NCBI GenBank assembly: GCA_048264505.1
Contig: JBLXDA010000007.1
Span: 9,407 to 73,406, forward strand
Direction: 5' to 3'
DNA: 64,000 nucleotides
Source of the DNA: Aequorivita sp.
Lineage (GTDB): Bacteria; Bacteroidota; Bacteroidia; Flavobacteriales; Flavobacteriaceae
Under the pieces are notes generated by a model. The model saw only the letters and a program-made list of their open reading frames with translations, did no database searches and was not told the origin of the DNA. Position numbers and translations under genes: made by a program. The number at the start of each line of letters is the position of its first letter. Positions within the stretch are counted from its first letter, which is position 1. Of the stretch, positions 60,001-64,000 are shown piece after piece.

Positions 60001-60779
60001 TCTACAGCAATCAAGGCAGCACCAAAATACTCACTACTCACCTTCCCTGAGTATTGGTTGTTAAGTGAATTTTGAAGCGCGTACAATTTTTCTGAAAACA
60101 CTGTGTTTTCTGCCGTTTCACTACTTGCAAATTTCGGACTGATAAAAAGGAGGATATTTTTTTCGTTGCGGCTTACTAGAAAACCATCTTTTAGCACAAA
60201 ATCGTCTGCAACGCCAAGCTGTCTCAGTTTTTTTAAAGCTATAAAGGAAAGTCCCAGTGGATCTTTTAAAATAACTTCTTTTGAAACTATACCCGAAGGC
60301 GAAATAAGGGTTTTATAATTGGCTTCGGTTATAGCCGAAACACTATCCTTCTGAAGCTTTAAAGCAATGTTTTTATAGTCTTCTTTTTCTAAAAACAACG
60401 GCAGATTATCATAAACAAAATTCATTGTTTGCTGCAAATCGTCGTCGTTTACCTTCCCTCGAATATTTTTAACATAAGACCCCGCATTAACCGTTAGGCT
60501 GTCTAAAAATTGAGCAGCGTACTGAGTTAATTCAGAAATAGCTACTGAATCTTCCCGGTGAATATTTACAATTATCTTATCGGTAAAATTTACAGTATTA
60601 AGAACTTTCTGTAAATCCTGTGATTCTTCATTTATAGGAATCAGTTTTGAAATATCTTCTTCAAACCGAATTTTAGAAACCAAAATACCTAAACCAACAA
60701 ACATTAAAAGCAGTACTATAGCACTGCCCAACCTGTGATTTTGAAGAAATTGATAAATTTTAAAAAACCGTTTACCCAT
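57084..60779 (-). CDS. Fusion protein: MMPL/RND-type exporter, PlsC-type acyltransferase and a C-terminal Rossmann-like domain
   Basis: 1231 aa. Two 5-6-TM bundles with large loops (MMPL) up to about residue 800, two further TM helices, then the acyltransferase motifs NHTSFLD (HX4D) and FPEGTRS. About 190 aa of unassigned C-terminal domain follow. Confidence 0.85.
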   Translation of the reverse strand: MGKRFFKIYQFLQNHRLGSAIVLLLMFVGLGILVSKIRFEEDISKLIPINEESQDLQKVLNTVNFTDKIIVNIHREDSVAISELTQYAAQFLDSLTVNAGSYVKNIRGKVNDDDLQQTMNFVYDNLPLFLEKEDYKNIALKLQKDSVSAITEANYKTLISPSGIVSKEVILKDPLGLSFIALKKLRQLGVADDFVLKDGFLVSRNEKNILLFISPKFASSETAENTVFSEKLYALQNSLNNQYSGKVSSEYFGAALIAVDNAKQIKGDIQFTVGIAMSLLIIVFIIFYRKLYVPIVLFVPTIFGGLLAVALLFLIRTEISAISLGIGSVLLGVTLDYSLHILTHIRNNETLASLYKDVSEPILMSSLTTALAFLCLLFLDSQALQDLGIFAAVSVLGASVFALFFIPLVYKNPLSRKQQINALDKVADYPFHKSKWLLIGLGLVLAISVFTYQNVAFNKDISKLNYESEEMQMALQHLDELTDISSKSVYLATYGKSVEGTLQLNDSIHETLEVLKEEGTISSFSSIGALVHSQRDQRKKIDEWSAFWSQERKDSIKANLIGSGENRGFKPTTFNSFYTFLENDFKALKPEDYQQIPAVLLEDYISTEADFTTITTLIKLEDDNASQIKKVFKEIPNTLVIDRQEMNETFLGHLKNDFNSLIGYCLLTVLFILFLFFRSFSLTLVTAVPIFLTWFLTLGIMGLFNIQFNIFNIIISTFIFGLGVDYSIFMTKGLLKELRTGEKVMVTHKTSIMLSVLTTILGVGVLVFAKHPALYSISIVSIIGIFSAMITAFTVQPLLFKLFIGSSTKRPITPRMFVHSLFSFGYFGLGGLSLSLNSVTLMPLLPISKKIKMGWFHKLIAKFMKSVLYTNPFVKKKVINDVGEDFSKPAIIIANHTSFLDILAIGMLHPKICFLVNDWVYNSPVFGKAVQRADFYPVSSGIENSLEPLQKKIEQGYSLMAFPEGTRSTSNKVKRFHKGAFYLANHFNLDILPVIIHGNSEVNPKGSFIIKDGSITVKILERIKAEDQSFGENHTQQAKKIGTHFKAEFAKLRETIEGPDYFHKIVLEEYRYKGDTRYRNVKNDLKENKELYFEILNQLPKSGVISHFSEADGQLDFLLKLDGPDRKIYSFIEDDETRTMLQHSYITKKYEKLYFTDSIATNLPSSVDVLVISTEQLLSEILLKTPQLNVKMIVLLKEANSTKSENSITLGYQKVYGNTNISIFKSTGNKV

Positions 60780-61965
60780 TATTTAGAATCTTTTTTCTTT
60801 CAAAAAATGTTAAGAAAACATAACCTAGGAGCCCACAAATAATAGCCATAGAAATTGAAAGTACCAAACTACCAACAATATAAGATTTTAAATATTTCAC
60901 CAGCTCTATACTTGGATCAATTTCACTTAAAGTGAGTACAAATTCTTCACCTATAAGCCAACCGCCTATTTTTAAGCTGAAATAAAGTATAAAGGGTATA
61001 AATGGTGGCAGACTTACATTTGAAAAAGCAAAGGAAATTACTTTGTTTAGATTAAATAAGAGCGCCAAAAAAATAACGGTAACGGTATGAAAACCCCAAA
61101 TTGGCGACAGCCCAATAAAAACACCTAATGCAATAGAAAGCGCTTTCTTTTCGGCAGAATCTTCACTACCTAGAAGGTCTTCCATTAGGAATCTCTTAAA
61201 CCCTTTTTTTTTTAATTTCCGAAATAGGTTTCTCGGTTTTATATACAAAAAAGCCACTAACACAAACCAAGTATTTAAAATACTTATGCGTGTAAAGTCT
61301 TTAAAAGGTCTAAAATGTGAAACCCTATCTTCTAGTTCGTAATGAATTTTAATAGGAATGTTTTTAACTTCTATTCCACTCCAAGCTGCCTTTACGATTG
61401 CCTCTATTTCGAACTCAAATTTGCGCGTGTGAAAATTTAAATCTTTCATCGCAAAAAGCGGATACAACCTAAAACCAGACTGAGTGTCTTGCAGGCGTGT
61501 TCCTGTTTCTACCCAAAACCAAAAGTTTGAGAATTTGTTGCCAAAACTGCTCTTTTTTGGAACGCCAGTCTGCGTCATATTCCTAGCTCCTATAAGTAGT
61601 AAATCTTTGTTTTTGCTTTCTTCTAAGGCTTCAATAAACACAGGGATATCTTCTGGAAAATGCTGCCCATCACTATCTATAGTAATTGCATAGTGATAGC
61701 CCATACTTTCGGCACGCTTAAAACCTTGACGCAAGGCATTGCCTTTTCCTTGGTTTTTTGAAAGATGTATCTGCTCAAGCTCTGTAAACTGAGTTAGTAT
61801 TTGTGAAGTAGCATCTGTAGCCCCATCATTAACTACAATAACAGCATCTGTATATTCCAAAACTCCTTCTAGGAGCTGCTGTAGTGTTTTGCAATTATTA
61901 TAGGTAGGAATAATTACACAACATTTCAGGGATTCAAATTTTTCTGAAAGTAGTTTTGGACTCAT
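60772..61965 (-). CDS. Family 2 glycosyltransferase fused to a DUF2062 membrane domain
   Basis: 397 aa. GT2 motifs CVIIPTYNN and DSDGQH. C-terminal 4-TM domain with the GLSPIWGFHT pattern of DUF2062. Overlaps the MMPL gene start by 8 nt. Confidence 0.85.
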   Translation of the reverse strand: MSPKLLSEKFESLKCCVIIPTYNNCKTLQQLLEGVLEYTDAVIVVNDGATDATSQILTQFTELEQIHLSKNQGKGNALRQGFKRAESMGYHYAITIDSDGQHFPEDIPVFIEALEESKNKDLLLIGARNMTQTGVPKKSSFGNKFSNFWFWVETGTRLQDTQSGFRLYPLFAMKDLNFHTRKFEFEIEAIVKAAWSGIEVKNIPIKIHYELEDRVSHFRPFKDFTRISILNTWFVLVAFLYIKPRNLFRKLKKKGFKRFLMEDLLGSEDSAEKKALSIALGVFIGLSPIWGFHTVTVIFLALLFNLNKVISFAFSNVSLPPFIPFILYFSLKIGGWLIGEEFVLTLSEIDPSIELVKYLKSYIVGSLVLSISMAIICGLLGYVFLTFFERKKILNNG

Positions 61966-62031
61966 TTGGGCATTTTAACCTCTGTGTCTCTGTGGTTTAT
62001 TTTGCACCACAACGGCACAGAGAATACTGAG

Positions 62032-62039
62032 CAAATATA
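62032..62039 (-). promoter_or_regulatory. Candidate internal -7 promoter box TATATTTG upstream of the GT2 gene
   Basis: Plus strand CAAATATA. Exact consensus match in the 131 bp gap of the cluster. Confidence 0.45.
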
Positions 62040-62096
62040 AGTTTTAGGAATTAAACTTGTATTGAAGAATTCGTTTTGTTTAGAAAATTAATCCTT

Positions 62097-62588
62097 TTAA
62101 AACATTGCTTTTTCAGTTTCTTCAAAACTTTTAGAATTCATCACAAAGTTTTTAATAGCCTCTTTTAAAGCTGAAGAAGAAACCGCCTTGTAATTACTCA
62201 TTATAAACTGCTTGTCTTCCTCTATGTTTTTGTGATATCCTAAAAAGCGCGGTGAATTTTCCTGTACACTTAAACGCAGGTAATGTATTTCAATATTTGA
62301 AGGCTCAGCAACAATAGCGCTTTCAATTAATGAAACCCCATCTTTAAAGTAGTCTTTCTTATCCTTTCTAGATTTTGCAAACTTTGCTTTTATTGTAGAC
62401 ACAGCTCCTTTGTATGCCGCCAAAATAGCTTTACTGCTAGCAGAAACACCCTCAAGTTCATCGTATAGTCCTGCGTTTATTTCGGCATTTTCTACTGCTT
62501 CTGGGTAAACTGCTCTAAGCCTGTTTACATCTTGTGCGTTAACAGCCATAGAAACAAAAAGCGCTATAAAGAATAAATATTTCATCAA
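62097..62588 (-). CDS. Secreted helical protein of unknown function
   Basis: 163 aa with the signal peptide MMKYLFFIALFVSMAVNAQ. No recognisable family. Overlaps the dehydratase gene stop by 4 nt. Confidence 0.5.
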   Translation of the reverse strand: MMKYLFFIALFVSMAVNAQDVNRLRAVYPEAVENAEINAGLYDELEGVSASSKAILAAYKGAVSTIKAKFAKSRKDKKDYFKDGVSLIESAIVAEPSNIEIHYLRLSVQENSPRFLGYHKNIEEDKQFIMSNYKAVSSSALKEAIKNFVMNSKSFEETEKAMF

Positions 62589-62953
62589 TCAATAATTTTA
62601 AAAGTTGCGCTAAGCTTTAAAGCCACAGTATCTTCAAAAGTAGTTGTGTTTTTAACCTTTACTTCGCCGTTTTCTTCGGTAATGGTTAATGCAACAGCTA
62701 AATCTGGATTTTTATCTGGGTTTATTAAAGCCATAAACTTTATGTTTGAAGAAACCGTTAAAAACAAATTCTTCCCAGTGGCCGTTTCGGTTAATTCTTT
62801 TATAATCTGAATCATACAAACACCCGGCATAACAGGATTTCCAGGAAAGTGACCTTTAAAAATGTTATGGGCATTGTTTAAATGAATCTTTGCCAAAATA
62901 CCGTCTTCAGTATTTTCGGTGGCTTTTACCGTATATAATCCTTCAATGAGCAT
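62585..62953 (-). CDS. Hotdog-fold 3-hydroxyacyl-ACP dehydratase (FabZ/FabA-like)
   Basis: 122 aa with the active-site motif FKGHFPGNPVMPGV. Confidence 0.85.
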   Translation of the reverse strand: MLIEGLYTVKATENTEDGILAKIHLNNAHNIFKGHFPGNPVMPGVCMIQIIKELTETATGKNLFLTVSSNIKFMALINPDKNPDLAVALTITEENGEVKVKNTTTFEDTVALKLSATFKIID

Positions 62954-62954
62954 A

Positions 62955-63581
62955 TTATTCGTTTTTAAATTTATCTAAAGTTATCGCTAACTTTATATTG
63001 TCGTGGTTTATACTAATTGCATCTGCAATGTTTTCTTCGGAAGCTGTAAATGTTATGCTTACTTTTTCCTTTGTTTTGGTAGTGTTTACAATCTTTTCAA
63101 GCGCTTGGGTTTTCTCATTTAAAAAATAAAAATTAAACCTATCGTCGCTTAAGGTTTTATAAACCCTATGGTTTTCAGATTCATAAACTTCATATACTGA
63201 AGCGTTTTCCTTCACCAGTAGACTAAAGTCGTTTTTTAGGATATTTACTATAAACTTCTTGTCTAAGTCTTCGATTACATAATGCGCAATAAAGTTATCT
63301 CCTTCAAACTGAAAATCAAACAGTTTACTGCCAAATTCTGTTGTAAAAACAACGCGATGGTTGTTGGGACCCATTTTTTTAACGATTAAAATTCCACCAA
63401 AATTTTTGCGGTAAACTTCAATCTTAGCTTTGTACACATAGTCTATCTCTTCATTGGCAAAATAGGGATTTTTAACCTCTGTTTTACTAAAATGAACCTG
63501 TCGTAACCCTTCTGTAGTTGGCAACGAACAGGAGGCTAGAACAACTACACATAAAAGACTAGTTATTAAATACCTCATCAA
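62955..63581 (-). CDS. Lipoprotein of unknown function (possibly LolB/DUF3261-like)
   Basis: 208 aa with the lipobox VLASC. Beta-rich sequence. Position next to the LolA-like gene matches aryl-polyene clusters. Confidence 0.5.
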   Translation of the reverse strand: MMRYLITSLLCVVVLASCSLPTTEGLRQVHFSKTEVKNPYFANEEIDYVYKAKIEVYRKNFGGILIVKKMGPNNHRVVFTTEFGSKLFDFQFEGDNFIAHYVIEDLDKKFIVNILKNDFSLLVKENASVYEVYESENHRVYKTLSDDRFNFYFLNEKTQALEKIVNTTKTKEKVSITFTASEENIADAISINHDNIKLAITLDKFKNE

Positions 63582-64000
63582 TAACAGCAGTGTTTAGGTT
63601 GCGATTACTAAAAACTATACGCGTAAAATCTTGCGAAGGTTCAACCATTTTTACTTCGTAAACTTGGGCGTCATCTTTGTTAAACAACAACTCAAAAGAA
63701 GCGATATAACCCGCTATTTTTTTGTCCTTCGGAATAAAAACAGCCTTGTGATATTTTGAAGCCTTATAAAATGTAACGGTAAAATCGTCGTCGTTAAACA
63801 TATTTCCCTTTACACTATTTACAATTAACTCATTAAGCTTTTTAAACAACTTACTATTGCCAATATCCACTTTACTTTTAGTACCTCCGTCGTTAATTAA
63901 CAGTTGTTCTTCCTTAAAAATAACACTGTATGTATAAGGCTTAGTGTATTCCCACTTCACCAAATTTGGTGCTTTAAACACCATTTTACCTGATGTTTTT
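63559..64000 (-). CDS. LolA-like outer-membrane lipoprotein carrier family protein (N-terminus beyond the window end)
   Basis: The reading frame stays open upstream of the track ATG (63984) to the window edge. The sequence ...LVKWEYTKPYTYSVIFKEEQLLINDGG... resembles LolA-family proteins. Confidence 0.65.
   Translation of the reverse strand, partial: KTSGKMVFKAPNLVKWEYTKPYTYSVIFKEEQLLINDGGTKSKVDIGNSKLFKKLNELIVNSVKGNMFNDDDFTVTFYKASKYHKAVFIPKDKKIAGYIASFELLFNKDDAQVYEVKMVEPSQDFTRIVFSNRNLNTAVIDEVFNN

Noticed and set aside
1-64000. Scan for CRISPR arrays, IS elements, transposases, integrases, phage genes, toxin-antitoxin pairs and defence-system hallmarks.
   Set aside because: None were seen. There are no long direct-repeat arrays, no recombinase-like ORFs and no compositional island. 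The window is syntenic-looking core genome, except for the lipid cluster at its right end.

Overview
This 64 kb window looks like low-GC chromosomal core DNA from a Flavobacteriia-type (Bacteroidota) genome. About 50 of 53 genes lie on the minus strand. I found no rRNA, tRNA, CRISPR array, transposase, integrase or obvious defence island.

Gene content from left to right:
- MacAB/HlyD/TolC-type efflux operon (1-5.6 kb).
- Cytochrome-oxidase accessory and subunit block (5.8-11 kb): small CxxC membrane peptide, DUF420, SCO, Cys-less SCO-like protein, CoxIV, two CoxIII paralogues and heme O synthase.
- Secreted MBL-fold hydrolase.
- Outer-membrane barrel plus two TonB-like genes that all share one Cys-pair TonB-C-like domain (12-15.9 kb).
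- vanZ, gcvH, sprA (T9SS translocon, 2397 aa) and ruvA.
- maeB, then queG, a cytochrome P450 and ruvB.
- Complete alternative complex III operon actABCDEF fused to cytochrome oxidase subunits II and I (30.8-42.7 kb).
- SPOR protein and DUF5916 protein.
- rimP-nusA-infB operon, then a tandem Usp protein.
- From 51.6 kb to the window end, an aryl-polyene/flexirubin-type lipid biosynthesis and export cluster that continues beyond the window. It encodes LolA-like and LolB-like proteins, a hotdog dehydratase, GT2-DUF2062, an MMPL-acyltransferase fusion, a FAD oxidoreductase, a JmjC cupin, a C45 Ntn-hydrolase lipoprotein and a PaaK-like ligase.

Most of the window is ordinary housekeeping. The items I rate worth a second look are:
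- the uncharacterised tail of the lipid cluster and its multi-domain fusions;
- the three-gene TonB-C-domain set;
- an H3TH/HhH-like C-terminal extension on ActC;
- a terminator-like hairpin in the rimP-nusA-infB leader;
- a repeat-bearing 171 bp spacer inside the act operon;
- small or degenerate cytochrome-oxidase assembly partners.

All functional calls come from motif and family recognition by eye. No database search was run.
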